A stretch of 64,000 nucleotides of DNA from Eledone cirrhosa (Eukaryota), in NCBI GenBank assembly GCA_964016885.1, contig OZ024747.1, forward strand, positions 83,142,001-83,206,000. The letters run 5' to 3'. The notes under the pieces are model-generated. The model worked only from the letters and a program-made list of their open reading frames with translations, did no database searches and was not told the DNA's origin. Of the stretch, positions 15,548 to 27,735 are shown piece after piece (within the stretch, counting starts at the first letter, position 1; every line of letters starts with the position of its first letter). A program made the position numbers and the translations under genes.

Positions 15548-15633
15548 CAAATATAAGAATGTAAAAGATAACTATAGCTTTTCTTTTTACAAATATAAGA
15601 ATGTAAAAGATAGCTATAGCTTTTCTTTTTACA
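15548..15633. repeat. 42-bp tandem duplication
   Basis: CAAATATAAGAATGTAAAAGATA(A/G)CTATAGCTTTTCTTTTTA occurs twice. Confidence 0.9.
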
Positions 15634-17215
15634 TTTTTTTAAAAAGAAAAGTGTGATATCCTTATTTGAAATTTATATTATATTTTCCTTTACAGTTCCT
15701 TTTTTCAGTTTTGCTTTCATGCTTGCTGCAACTGGAATAAAAATGCGAGTGGTGGATGTGCATGCTTTTTTTATTTTCTTTATAACCTATGGAGTTTATT
15801 GTAATTGTTATTAGTTTAATATTTGTTTAGTAGCTATTTCTCTAATCCTCATTCAAAAGAAATGATCAATTTAAGGGTAAATAAATATAGCTAGCAAACA
15901 AGTTTTAAATGCTGGACTCATTAATTATATTTTCCATCCAGTTTTTTTTAATATTACAGTTTTCTCTGCTATGCTGGGAAGGTTCCTACTACTACTTTTG
16001 GTGGTAGTATCGAGACTACTGTCAGCAGTACTGCAGCAGGCTTACTTCTGTCATGTATAGAATATTGCCTTTTTACTGGTGATAATACTAAATAAGTAGT
16101 GTTAAGTTGTATTGGATTGTGTTCTGCTTACACTTACCATTTGCACTAGCACATGCATTGTTTTTTGAAAGTCTGGCCTAAATGGAGGGTGATAGAATGC
16201 AGACCTTATCATTAAAACACCCAGAAAACCTATGAGAGACCTCTTAAAAAGTTAGCTATAAGTATGAGCTGTCTAATTTTTTTTTTCTTTTTTTTTTTCA
16301 ATTTTTTTCAAATAGGTTGAAAATGCCACTGTGCTAGCAATGAGGTATAGAGTTGCTAATTGCAGTTTTAATCATGTTCATGTTGCCTTCCTAGTTGAAC
16401 CAATATGACCTATTTCTTCAGTGATTAAAACATATCCTAGTATATCGCAATTTCAGATAATGGCCTACAAGCTTTTTAAAGCAGTAATTAGACTTGCAGT
16501 TCCTATGATAAGCTTCGTACCCATGCTGAGATCCTTTTCCTGGTGCCAGTACTTTTAGTTGACTCTTACAACATGCGGGGATATAATGAACCTATTTTAA
16601 ATTGGGTAGACAATACTGTTATTTTTAACTTTTAAAACATTTGGTGAAAACATTCAAGCAGTTGGATTTGTTTATTAATATAATGTTTTCGTAATTAAGC
16701 TGGGAGTTTTTTGCGGGTGGGGGTTATGGCAGCATGTTCAAAGAGTATACTGTATGTAGTTTCCCTTATAAACTGTGTTGTGAGATTCATGTTTGAAATC
16801 AAGCAGGGTTTTCCTGCAGACCAAATTTCAGAACTGTATAACCCATTTTCAAGATAGGGCTTGGACCCCTATCGTTAAAATAGCTGAGAAACTTCCTATG
16901 GAGGCAAGCTTGGAGGAAGCTAAGTAAACCTGCATAGGTGTGAGCTCTAAATTTAATTTTTTTTTTTCTTACATAGCTTATGTTATTACTGACCAGTCAG
17001 TGAATATATTGTAGGTCAGTTTAATAATTATAATAATGGCAAGAAATGAAAAAAAAAAAATTTTCTACACTATCTTTTATATTTGTATACAAGATATAAT
17101 CCTACCATTGCTAGCAAGGAAAGTGGATGTTAAATGATGATAATGAAGATTGTGATATATCTATTTTAAAACAGAAATTTCTATATCCTAACTAATGTGT
17201 GATCCTCTTTTGCAG

Positions 17216-17324
17216 GCTGGATCTTGGTGCATTACTTCAAAAAGCACAAGACCCTGTAACAGAAGCTCAGTACATCGCTCAGTATAACCAGCAGGCAACG
17301 GAATCACTTAAAAATACTATAGGG
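17216..17324 (+). CDS. UBAP2: UBAP2-like exon: (R)LDLGALLQKAQDP...LKNTIG
   Basis: tttgcAG acceptor, ggg|GTGTGT donor. RLDLGALLQK resembles UBAP2L RIDLAVLLGK. Phases 2/0 are consistent with both neighbours. Confidence 0.88.
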
Positions 17325-19207
17325 GTGTGTAGCACTTTTTTTCACCATTTGTTTTTTTTTGTTTTTTTTTATATATATATACACAACCAGCTACTCTTCA
17401 AAGGCACTTGGCTTATTGGTTAGGATGTTACCATTCATGATAATATGGTCATGGGTTCAATTCCTGGAATGGGTGGTGTGTTGTGTTATTTTGCAAGACA
17501 TTTCATTTTGCATTACTCCAGTCAACTCAGCTGGAAGAAAATGAGTACCAGCAATAGTTGTCCAATCCAATAGGAGTCTTTCATGTTAGGTCTGGTGCCT
17601 CTAGTAAAAGACTCAAGAAACCTATGGGATGCAACCTCATAAGGCAGCTAGACCTTCATAGGTGTGAGCTGAAACAACAGCCACTCCTCACTTAATGGCC
17701 AGGTTCTGTTTCATCAACCTGTCGATAATCAAACTCCTTACCAACCAGATTCTGATCCAACAACATTGTCATATCTTTAGATGTTGTTTTAATGTCAGAC
17801 AATAGCTGATAATGTCCATAAGAGTATGAAAAGTTATCTTCTTGCATACGAGACTGTTGCTGTCTTAAGTTGTCATTCACCTGATCAAAATCAGAAATTA
17901 GTTTCCAGGGCATACCACAAGGATATCAACAACATAGGCCCCACTGAAAAGTTATGAAGTATCAGTTTTGTATTAAATGAATTATCTAAATAAAGAAATT
18001 TGTAAAGGTCTAATGTAAACACTATCTTAGCCATAAATTTGTTTTATTTTGCAAAATTCTTACCAACACAATCAAAAATTATTTTAAAAACGTTTTTTAT
18101 AATGACTTGCTGAATAAAGGACAGACATGTATCATAAAAGAAATTTAAATAAAACATTAAATTTATGGTTGTAAGGGTGTGCTGCCCTTAAATCGGTGAG
18201 GAGTTGCTGTATAATTTCATGAGATTGTCTGTGCTCTCTAAAACATTAGAATTTCTTTTTAAAAATACAATCTTAAATCAGAATGACTGTAGTGAATGGG
18301 AAGTTATCTAGAATAACAATTAAATTAGTCTTGCATGTGATATCATTGGAAATTATATCTACCTTTTCAATTAAGGTAAAGGTAATTTAGATTAGTTTAA
18401 TTCTATGTACATGTATATGCTCTCACACTCTTGTGTGTCTTTTTTCTGGTTTCACAATTTATATTTCTTTATTTCTCCCCAATCTGAGTTATTTATATGA
18501 AGGGGCATTGCTTTGGTTAAGGTGCTGAGCTCACGATTGTATAGTCGTGAGTTCAATTCCCAGACCAGACAGTATTGTATTGAGGAAACTTTATTTCATA
18601 TTGCTTCAGTCCACTCAGCTGGAAAAACTAAGTTATGAAGACATTGGTGCCATATTGTATTGGTTTTTGCCTTTCCCTTGGGCAACATCGATGGCATGAA
18701 GAGAAACTTTCATGCATTGATGATCTCTTGTTTTCCACAAAACACCCTGCCCAGGCTTGTGACTTAGAGGGACAAACCCAAGGCCAGTCAGTCATGGGTG
18801 CAAAATCAATAATCAGACATGGGAGGGGAGGGGGGCTTTTTTCCCTCTAAGTTATCTATTCAATCCAATCAATGGAAAGTGATAAATCAAAATTGAAAAC
18901 CTTTTTTTTTATTGATTTACTTGGAGATTATACTGAGAGATCACCTTCAAAGATTTTTAGTTCAGAATGTCAATCAATCCCAGTATTATTGATCTCTATT
19001 GAATGGCTGTTTGACTTTTTGGTGTAAAGGCACTAAAACCATGTAGGTGATTTTGTTTGATACATCAGTTATACATGAATATGTATGACAAACTTCCACA
19101 CAGTTTCTGTCTACTAAATTTTACTCAAATAGCATTGGTCAATGTAAGTGTAACTCCATGTCCTCACAGCCATGCCTGCAACTATTTTTACTGTTTTATC
19201 TTTGTAG

Positions 19208-19465
19208 ATTGGAACATCAAGCAACCAAACGTCTGGTTTACCAGCTTCTATTGGTAACCAGTCTGTGAATTCTATGGTGTCTCTATCTGGTCAGCAGTCT
19301 TCTGGAAGTCACCTGGCGTCAGCTTTGTCAGCTGCCAATGCTACTGGTCATCCAGCAACATCTCATTCAGTTTCAGGAAGTACAACTGTCACACAATCAA
19401 ACCAACATACAATACAGCAACAGAGGGTTAAGCCTCAACGGACTAAGCTGCCACCACCATCTAAG
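19208..19465 (+). CDS. UBAP2: UBAP2-like exon: IGTSSNQ...QRVKPQRTKLPPPSK
   Basis: tttgtAG acceptor, aag|GTTTGA donor, 258 nt open. Ends in the PPPSK that precedes the conserved IP.SAVEMP. Confidence 0.92.
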
Positions 19466-20079
19466 GTTTGATTTTTCTCTTATGTTTATCACGTCTAGTG
19501 GTTAGGGTGTTAGATTCACAATCAGAAGGTCATGTGTTCAATTTCTTGACCAAGTGTTGTTCTTGAGTAAGATATTTCATTTCACAAGTTTGTTTTATTT
19601 CTATTTTGTCATACTGGTTAAATATTAACAGAAGAGTAAACTAAGAAAACGCACTAAAATAAATGCTTACAGGATAAAGACAACCGATAAGGGAAAGTCA
19701 AATGAATATAAAATCAACCTAAGCAACCTTTCATAACCTTATTGTTTTTAATTCATTGTTTTTTGTATGGAAATCGTTTATTGACATGGTTTCATTTGTT
19801 ACCAAATTAATGGGAAAGTATTTGTTACTGCTGGCCTTTGTTACAAAATCGTCTGCTGTCATCATCACCATTTAACACCTATTTTCTTGGATGGGTTAAA
19901 TGGGATGTAATATTGTGAGGATAGACAGGTCAAGTGTCCACATCTTACTCATACTTTGCACTTTTGACTTGGTTTCTATGGCCAGATTCCTTTCCTGGGA
20001 GCACAAGTGAACAACTACCACCTCATTGTTAGATCAATATTTGCAGAGACTTTATCTATTCCTATTCCTTTTTATCCAG

Positions 20080-20234
20080 ATCCCAACTAGTGCTGTGGAG
20101 ATGCCTCATCACTTGATGCCTCCTCTTGATGTCCAGTTTGGTAATTTAGAATTCCGAGCCGACAGTTCTCCATTCAGCTTTACTGTTAGTGATACAGCTG
20201 CAACTTGCAGCTTCACCACAGCTGTGACCAACAA
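20080..20234 (+). CDS. UBAP2: UBAP2-like exon with DUF3697 / G3BP-binding motif: IPTSAVEMP...LDVQFGNLEF
   Basis: tatccAG acceptor, GTATGT donor. Contains the family-diagnostic KIP.SAVEMP and L.vQFG.L.F motifs. Confidence 0.96.
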
Positions 20235-20307
20235 GTATGTGCTTTATTCATTTCTGTTATTTCTTTTTTTCCCCTTCAAATTTTAAAAAACTATATTTAC
20301 CACAGAA

Positions 20308-20690
20308 AAGGGTGTATGCTGCATGTGTGAGAAGTGCCATAAAAATGATGAGCCTAGAATGGCAGAGAATGCTGGAAAGAACACAAATGAGAATGATCCA
20401 GTGGATGAATGGAGTATCACTCAGAGAGCAAGGAAGATAAATAGCAAAATACAAAGGATGATTGGAATTGAGCCAGCGATGAATGTTGTGAATAGAAATT
20501 CAATGAGATGGTTGTGGTGATCATGTGTTTAGGAAGGATGAAAGTAACTAGGTAGAGGAGTGATGGAAATTAATGTAGAAGGAAGTAATGGGAGAGGAAG
20601 AGCAAAACAGCTAAATATGATGGAAGAGGAAATGAAAGCCAAGGATGTGGGAAGGAGTACAGAAGATAGGGCAAAATGGAGAAACTTGTA
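20308..20690 (+). mobile_element. Old RTE LINE 3' remnant
   Basis: RVYAACVRSA, MIQWM.GVSL and VEG...RGR motifs with frameshifts. Confidence 0.6.
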
Positions 20691-20777
20691 ATTTAGCATG
20701 GTAGATGACCTTAAAAAACTTGTGTTGTATATTTATGATTACTTTAAAATTATATTTTCACCTAAATTATTTTGTAG

Positions 20778-20988
20778 TTCAAGTGGCATTTCAAACCATA
20801 TGAGTTCCTCCAATCAGCAGTCAGCTGACTCTGTGATAACATCGTCAATGTTATCATCCAATCCTTCTAGCAAGTCAATCGGTCATCTCGAACAATCAGC
20901 AGCTCGTGCTAATATGTTCCCTAACAGTTATCAATCTCCTGCAAAGAAGGAGGTGACTGCATCAGCATTAGTTGGCCAGGCAAGCAAA
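20778..20988 (+). CDS. UBAP2: UBAP2-like Ser-rich exon: SSGISNHM...VGQASK
   Basis: tttgtAG acceptor, GTAAGT donor, phases 2/0 consistent. Confidence 0.9.
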
Positions 20989-21061
20989 GTAAGTTTACAG
21001 CTGTTTTAACCCTTTTCTTTCCATTTTATAGTGTTCCTTTTTAAATTGTAATATTTGAACA

Positions 21062-21611
21062 TTCTTCTTCTTCGCCTATTTATTTCTGAGAGGGTTGTAG
21101 AGGCAGTCCTCAAACACTCCTGTCAGAATCAACTGTCTCCAGCTGATCTGGTTGGATCCCCAAGCGAGACCAGTCAAGCTCAGGGTCGACACCTGGGTCT
21201 CCTGCCGGTTGGTTTTGCCCATAAAATCTGTCCAGCAATTATTTCCCAAGACCACATACCCATAGTATTGGAGCTGTAATCTCTCAATTCGGAGAAATAA
21301 CGGCTCTACCTGCAATGGCTCTTTGATTTCTGAGCTAGGCACTCTTATCGAGTAACGTTACTCCAAGGAACCTTTGGAGGAACCCCGTTTCGGCCGCTTG
21401 AATTTAAATTAAATCCTCTTTCTTGCATATGCGGTACAACCAGGCATGAAAAATTGCAGCAAAGACAGTAAAAGAGACCAAAGTTATGACATAGGAAGAC
21501 TTTGGGGTTAAGCTGGAATCAGACTTCAGATCAGCAAATAACGTGTTCTGGCAGACCATCTTCCAACTTCGTAATAAGAAGTCCTCTACACCTGTTATCA
21601 GGAACATCTGA
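21062..21611 (-). mobile_element. Degenerate RTE (Expander-like) with inverted 5' segment
   Basis: - strand IQAAETGFLQR...VEPLFLRIER with a (GAA)n tail at 21062. + strand 21430-21590 reads RYNQA*KIAAKTVKETK...EDFG.KLESDFRSANNVFWQTI, the upstream region of this family. Confidence 0.75.
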
Positions 21612-21703
21612 TGACTAATCTCTCTTTAGATACCAATCCAGCCAAAATTTTACACAGCTTTAAGTTCTGCAATATTTATTTATTTATATGTTCATTTTTC
21701 CAG

Positions 21704-21815
21704 ATTGCCACTCCAGATCCTATACCATTTCCATCTTCGCCAAGTGAGCGGAAGTCTAGTCCACTAATTGGTCCTGGTCCAAGAACTGGCCAGTCTCCTA
21801 GCTCCCTTAGTCAAA
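21704..21815 (+). CDS. UBAP2: UBAP2-like exon: IATPDPIPFPSSPSERKSSP...LSQ
   Basis: ttttccAG acceptor, GTAAGT donor, phases 0/1 consistent. Confidence 0.9.
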
Positions 21816-22604
21816 GTAAGTCTCTTTTGCATGAATAAGGATTTTTGCAAACACGCTTTTATGAACAAACACTTCCATGTGTTTGGTTTCTTGAAAATGT
21901 TCTGCATTAAATATAGTGTAAATGCTGTTTAATTCTTTTGATACCAAATCATAGACAATCTATTTTGTTAGGAATCTAACAAAAGGCTTAGCATTTTGTT
22001 TACTTGAGAGTATAAAATTTGAATATATACAGCATACAAGGAATTAAATTCTTAGTAACAAAATTTATCTGAAATGTGACTTACACCAGCATAGGTTTCG
22101 CTAGCCACTGGTGACATGAGGTAGCATAGTTTTTTTTATGTTTAATGTACAAAGCCAGTAGAGGTAGCAGATAGTATCCTGGCCAAATACTGTAACAATT
22201 AGACTAAACCACAACCCTGAACAAGATTTTATTAACCTCAGAAGGATGAAAGGGAAAGTTGACCTTGACATGATTTGAACACCAAGCACAGATAGCTGAA
22301 ACCTTTGGCAAAGCATTTAATCTGATAGTCAAACAAGACTGCCAATTTGCCATCTGTTGAATATAGTTGGATATACTGTTTTAAAAAAAAAAGTAAATAA
22401 AATAAATTTATAAGGAAGGGTACAATCAGGATTGGTTGTCAGTCATCAGTTTTCCCAGTACAAATAAATTATCTAGTTAGAAGAGTACACTATCTTATTA
22501 GTTTTCCACAAGATATCATGTATCATAGTTTAAAGAGTTACACTAAATGTGTCTGTGTGTGTGTTGTTTTTGTGTTTTTAATATATTCTATTTTATCTTT
22601 TTAG

Positions 22605-23239
22605 GTGCAGTCCCTGTTCAAAAGGCAGAAACAAACAGTCTAAACTCCTTCACACCCCCTGGTAGTACATATCCTACTGCAAGTTACCAGAGCCACAAAC
22701 CAGCCAGTGTAACCTCTTCATTATCTTCCACTACTGTGTTCAGTCACCCCTCCAACAGTCTGTCTCAGTCAAATTCAGCTCATTATCCGGCCCAATACCA
22801 AACTCAGTATCCAAATACTCCCCAGTACAACCATCAGGGTTACCAATCTAGTTCTTCATTCCAATCACAATCTAGTTACTCATCAAACCAAACTAATCAG
22901 AACTCTCTGTATCAGAGCTCCGCACAGACCAGTTCCTATCAGCCCCAAGGCAGTAATAGCAACTCAACGACTGCATACCACCCGCGAGAAGCCCAATCGA
23001 CACCAGCTAATTCGTATCAGACAGTTGTGAGCCAGTCATCATATCAGCGAAGTAACCAGGCCAATCTGGCTGCTGCCACTTCTCAACCCCCTCCTGTTAT
23101 ATATAGCAACCCCACATATGGATCGGCTCACCCCAGTTCTCTCCAAACATCACCTCTTTCAGATGCTAAACTTTCAGAATCTCTTTCCAAAATGACAGTT
23201 AAGGACACCTCTTTAGAAAATTCTCAGTCTTCAGCTCAG
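22605..23239 (+). CDS. UBAP2: UBAP2-like large S/Q/Y/T-rich (prion-like, low-complexity) exon
   Basis: ttttttAG acceptor, cag|GTATGT donor, 635 nt open, phases 1/0 consistent. Confidence 0.93.
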
Positions 23240-24395
23240 GTATGTAGCTCCTTATTTTTTACATTAACTAAATCTCTTTGACTGACTATTTCAGTAAAGT
23301 GGTTTGTCTTTTTTATATCATTGTTTTCGATTACAGTAAGCATCATACCATCTACAGAGATTTTAGAGAGACCATAAATTGAACATTTGATATGGCCAAA
23401 CAATTTGAGATGATTGCTTAAATCGAGAAGTAATGTTCTATTTCCAGCATGCTAGTCAACTGACTGTAACAAATTCTCAATAATTACACGCTGAATCTCT
23501 AATGGTTGCAGAAAATAATCTCGTATAACTCTTCTTTCTAAGGAAAAATGACCTTAAAACAATCGTTGACCTTCCATAAGAAATCGGTGTAGTTTTCATG
23601 CATCTCAGTAGTTATTTGTGTTGTTAGTGATAATGAAGGTAGACTTTCACTTTGCCATTTACATTACTTGTTCAACGGTCACCTTCCATAATATACTAGT
23701 ATGGTTTTCATGCATCTCAGTCGCTGTCTGGTGGTGCCAATAAATTTAAAGTAGGCTTTCACTATACTAGTCTCATTTGAGAAATGTCAGTCCTTGTCTA
23801 AGTCAGTTAATGAGAGGAATTTGAAAAATGAAACCTTTACAGCATAGTTATCTCAGTTTTTGAAAGCCTTTTGATAACATCTCACCTGATATTCCCTTGT
23901 TACTCACCAGCCTGAAAGCACACTGGTTTTATGATACAAAACTGGTCATTTTTAAATTTTCATGCTTGCATTAAAACCTTCCATCATAATTTTATTTAAA
24001 AAATGTTTAAGCAATGTTCCAAATATCTGCTGACTAATGAAAAAGTGATTATATCAAATAATTACACATTCTTCAAAATGTTATATATATTTTCAAAATT
24101 AATTGAAACACATAGGCAGATTGGAAATATGGTAACAACTCCTCCCCCCCCCCCCCTGATATTGCTTTGATCCTATATTTTTATAGCTGCTAGTATGACC
24201 ATTTAGCAAATGCATTCATATATTGACAAGAGAAAACATAGTCTGGTGGTTAGGGTGCTATGCTTCCAATCATAAGTTCCATAGGTTTAATTCCTGGACT
24301 GAGGAACATGTAGTGTTCTTGAGCAAGACACTTCATTTTACATAGCTAATCCTGCAGAGGTACAAACTGAATTGTTTATTTATTTTTTTTTTAAG

Positions 24396-24549
24396 TATGA
24401 CCATTCTGTATCTGCAACAACAACTGCAGTAAGCCTGACGACGACGACCACTACAACTCCTTCATTGACCAGCTCCACCACATCAGGTTCTGTGATGGCA
24501 GCGACTACAACAACGCCATCCACAAAGGCAACTCCACAGCTACCAAACA
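24396..24549 (+). CDS. UBAP2: UBAP2-like Thr-rich exon: YDHSVSATTT...PQLPN
   Basis: Poly-T + aAG acceptor, GTAAGT donor, phases 0/1 consistent. Confidence 0.9.
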
Positions 24550-25066
24550 GTAAGTACTTGAAATTTTTTCACATATTCATTAAATAAATATTAACCATTT
24601 TGTCACCAGCTTAGCCAAATCTGCCACTGGTTCTACGAAATAAAACCACTTATTTTAAAGGATTCCTATTTAACTTAAACAGGAACCCTTTAAAAAGTGT
24701 AGCCCTGGTTGGTAGAACCAGAATCGGAGCCAGTTTTAGCTGGGTTGATATCAAAAGGGTTTTTAAATATTTACTTTTCTTACTGACTCTGCAACTATAA
24801 ATTAAAGAAACATGTAGTTGGGATTACTGCTGATTTGTCACAGCACCATGTTGATCTTGTCATGGGACCTATTAGGCTTTAGTAGTGGCCTCGCATGAAT
24901 GTTTTATGTTAGATGCAAAATATTAAACTGAAAATATTTTCACCTCTCTAGTAAATGATTGTAATTAAAACCACTAACGTAATTGAAAAACAAGTTTATA
25001 TCCATAGTTTTATCATCCACATTTTGGAATCACCAGTCTAAAGGTTTTGTTTTACATTATTTTCAG

Positions 25067-25155
25067 CTGGAAAAGCCCCACCTAATCTTCCACCAGGTGT
25101 TCCCCTTCTTAGCCATCAATACATAATGGGACAAAGTACACTACCACCTTACTTT
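25067..25155 (+). CDS. UBAP2: UBAP2-like exon: GKAPPNLPPGVPLLSHQYIMGQSTLPPYF
   Basis: ttttcAG acceptor, GTAAGT donor. GKAPPNLPPGVP matches the vertebrate UBAP2L motif. Not in the ORF track. Confidence 0.96.
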
Positions 25156-25247
25156 GTAAGTATCAAGCATTCCTAAGAAATATTCTAATATCATATGCTG
25201 TTGTTTGATTTTCTTATTTAAACTACTAACTTCAATATTCTATTCTT

Positions 25248-26247
25248 ATCATCATCATCAACGTTTAACGTCTGTGTTCCACACTTGCATGGGTTTGGAC
25301 GGGGGTTTTCCCACTTGAGGCAAGAGTGATTGTCTTGCTCACATAGGACTGTCTGGCGGGTTTTCTACAGCTGGATGCCCTTCCTAACACCAACCACATT
25401 TACAGTGTGGGGCTGGGGGGTTTTTACTGTGTTGCCTACACGGCCACATTACAGCGTGGACTGTGTGTTTTTTTGTCGTGACACCTACACAATCTCATTT
25501 GTTTCGGCCTGGATGTTGTGGCACCAACATAACTTTACATTGAAGGGGCGGGGTGGTGGGACGGGGGTGTATTTTGTTAGAGATGCCTACTGACTGTAGT
25601 AGGTTTTACTTTGTATTTAGGTAAGGCGGGTCTTCTCTATTACTGAGTATCGCCAAAGGTCTCGGTCCAGTGACATTGTCTTGGAGAGGTGTAAGTGTGT
25701 GAGGTCGGAATTTATCAGCTCGTCCCAGGTTTTTCTGGGTCTGCCTACTCCGTAGCTACCGTCTGTTTATTGCCCTGCACTTTGTTATACAGCTGTCGTC
25801 TTTCATGCGCATCACATGACCATACCAACGTAGCCTTCTCTCGAGTAAACAACATCTGATCCCTCTTATTTCTAATTTTTTCCTTAGTTCGCTTATGCTT
25901 TGCCGTTCACGTATGTTACTATTACACATCCAGCGGAGCATGCAAGCTTCGTTCCTCTCTAGTCTGCGTATATCCTCTGCGCACAATGCCCAGGTCTCAC
26001 TGCCATGCAACATTGCTGTTCGTATGCAGGCATCATACAACCTGCCTTTCATTCTTAGGGAGAACCCTTTAGCGGCTAATAGTGGTATAAGCTCTCTGAA
26101 CTTTTTCCAACCAGTTCTGACTCTAGCTACTGTACTTTCAGAGCACCCTCCCCCACTGCTGATTTTTGTCGCCCAGATAACGGAAGCTGTCCACTATTTC
26201 TATAGAACCCTCTGCGCAATTGAAAGAGCTAGTATTTTGTGGGCACT
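25248..26247 (-). mobile_element. Second copy of the same RTE LINE fragment (intronic, frameshifted)
   Basis: Nearly identical to 42707-43835 over ~1 kb, with small indels breaking the ORF. (ATC)n tail on +. Confidence 0.93.
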
Positions 26248-26251
26248 TATA

Positions 26252-26285
<34 letters not shown>

Positions 26286-26798
26286 TTTAACTGGTTTCGG
26301 TCATTAGACTGTGGCCATGCTGGAGCATGTATTTTTTTTTTCAAAAAAAAGTCTGGTGCTTAGTTTATCTATCTCATTTTGTCAAAATGCTACGTTACGG
26401 ATCTTAAACAAACAGTACATGGCAACACACTAGCATACGCTCACAAATATATATATACACACATATGCAACAGGCTTTCATCCAGTTTCGTCTGCTAAAT
26501 TTCACAGAGCATTGGTCAAACTAAAACTATTGGAAACGCCATTTCTCAAAGGTGTCATGCAGTAGGACTGAACTCAAAGCTGCATGGTTGTGGAGCAAAC
26601 TCATTAACTTCACAGCCATGCCTACACACACATATCAATGTTTTCACAAACAAGAAACATTTACGGTGCTCTTTTAATGACACTACAAATCAGTTTTAGA
26701 AATCTGAAGACTTCTAATGGTAAATGCATATTTCACTATAAATTGGTTGTGTTTGTATACACTAATTTATCCTATTTTTCTTCCAGTCTCTTTCACAG

Positions 26799-26864
26799 AG
26801 CCTTCAGCAACCCTTGTATACTAGCTATGATGAACTTCAAATGATTCAGCAAAGAATGCCAATG
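26799..26864 (+). CDS. UBAP2: UBAP2-like exon: SLQQPLYTSYDELQMIQQRMPM (alternative in-frame acceptor at 26787)
   Basis: ttcacAG acceptor, atg|GTAAAT donor. Matches vertebrate YGYD(D/E)LQMLQ.R.P. Confidence 0.92.
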
Positions 26865-27641
26865 GTAAATATCTAAATATCTTTGTTTTCATATCACTTT
26901 TAACTCTTGATCTCAATATGCCTGAAGCTGCTCATTTTAAAGACTTCTTATTTATATTAAAATCTTACAGAATAATTTTATATAAGAACATTTTCTAAAG
27001 TAATATTTCAAACATCAATTTCATGATGCAAAAGATTTTTTACTAAATCCATTAAAATTTTTTTTTTTCTCAATTAATTGAAACACCCTGACTGGGTTTC
27101 ATTGGAAATGTAACAAATGGTTTAAATATAGTTATCTGGCTCATTGGTCTTTCAAGCAATTTAGCTGATTTATACTTATGATAGTTTCATAGATTAAACA
27201 GTGAATTGGCAGTTATTATGATATCAAATTAAATGTCTCGATATTTATTCTGGCTCACTGCATTTTTTTGGTTCAAATCCAACCAAAGTTAATTTTAAAT
27301 TTCATCTTGTGAAGTGGGTTGGTGGAATTGTCAGACAATGCTTTACAATATCTGATCTGCGTCGTATATATTCTTAGTCCAAATTCTGCCTCCTGCATTG
27401 TGATCTTGAGCAAAATATTTCATTTCACATTGCTTTTCATAAGTCTGGGAGCCTTATTAAAACACATAAGAAACCTCCAATGTAACCTTGTAAGAGGTTA
27501 GCTAAACAGGCATAGGTGTGAGGTGGAAGCTTCATTCCTCTCTCCCTGCTCCCAGTTCACTTTCTAAAAAAATGGATGAAATGCAACAATAGTTTCTTGT
27601 TTTACTCTTCAATATGATTACAAATTCTTTTTTTACTCCAG

Positions 27642-27735
27642 GCTAGCAATTACTATGACATGGCAACGTTTCCAGTACCCACTACATTAACTAGCCGGGA
27701 TCAAGCCACTCTTGGTAGTGTCCCAGGTTACTCTG
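27642..27735 (+). CDS. UBAP2: UBAP2-like exon: ASNYYDMATFPVPTTLTSRDQATLGSVPGYS
   Basis: tactccAG acceptor, GTAAGT donor. Matches vertebrate DYY.IPF..PT.L..RD. Confidence 0.93.
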
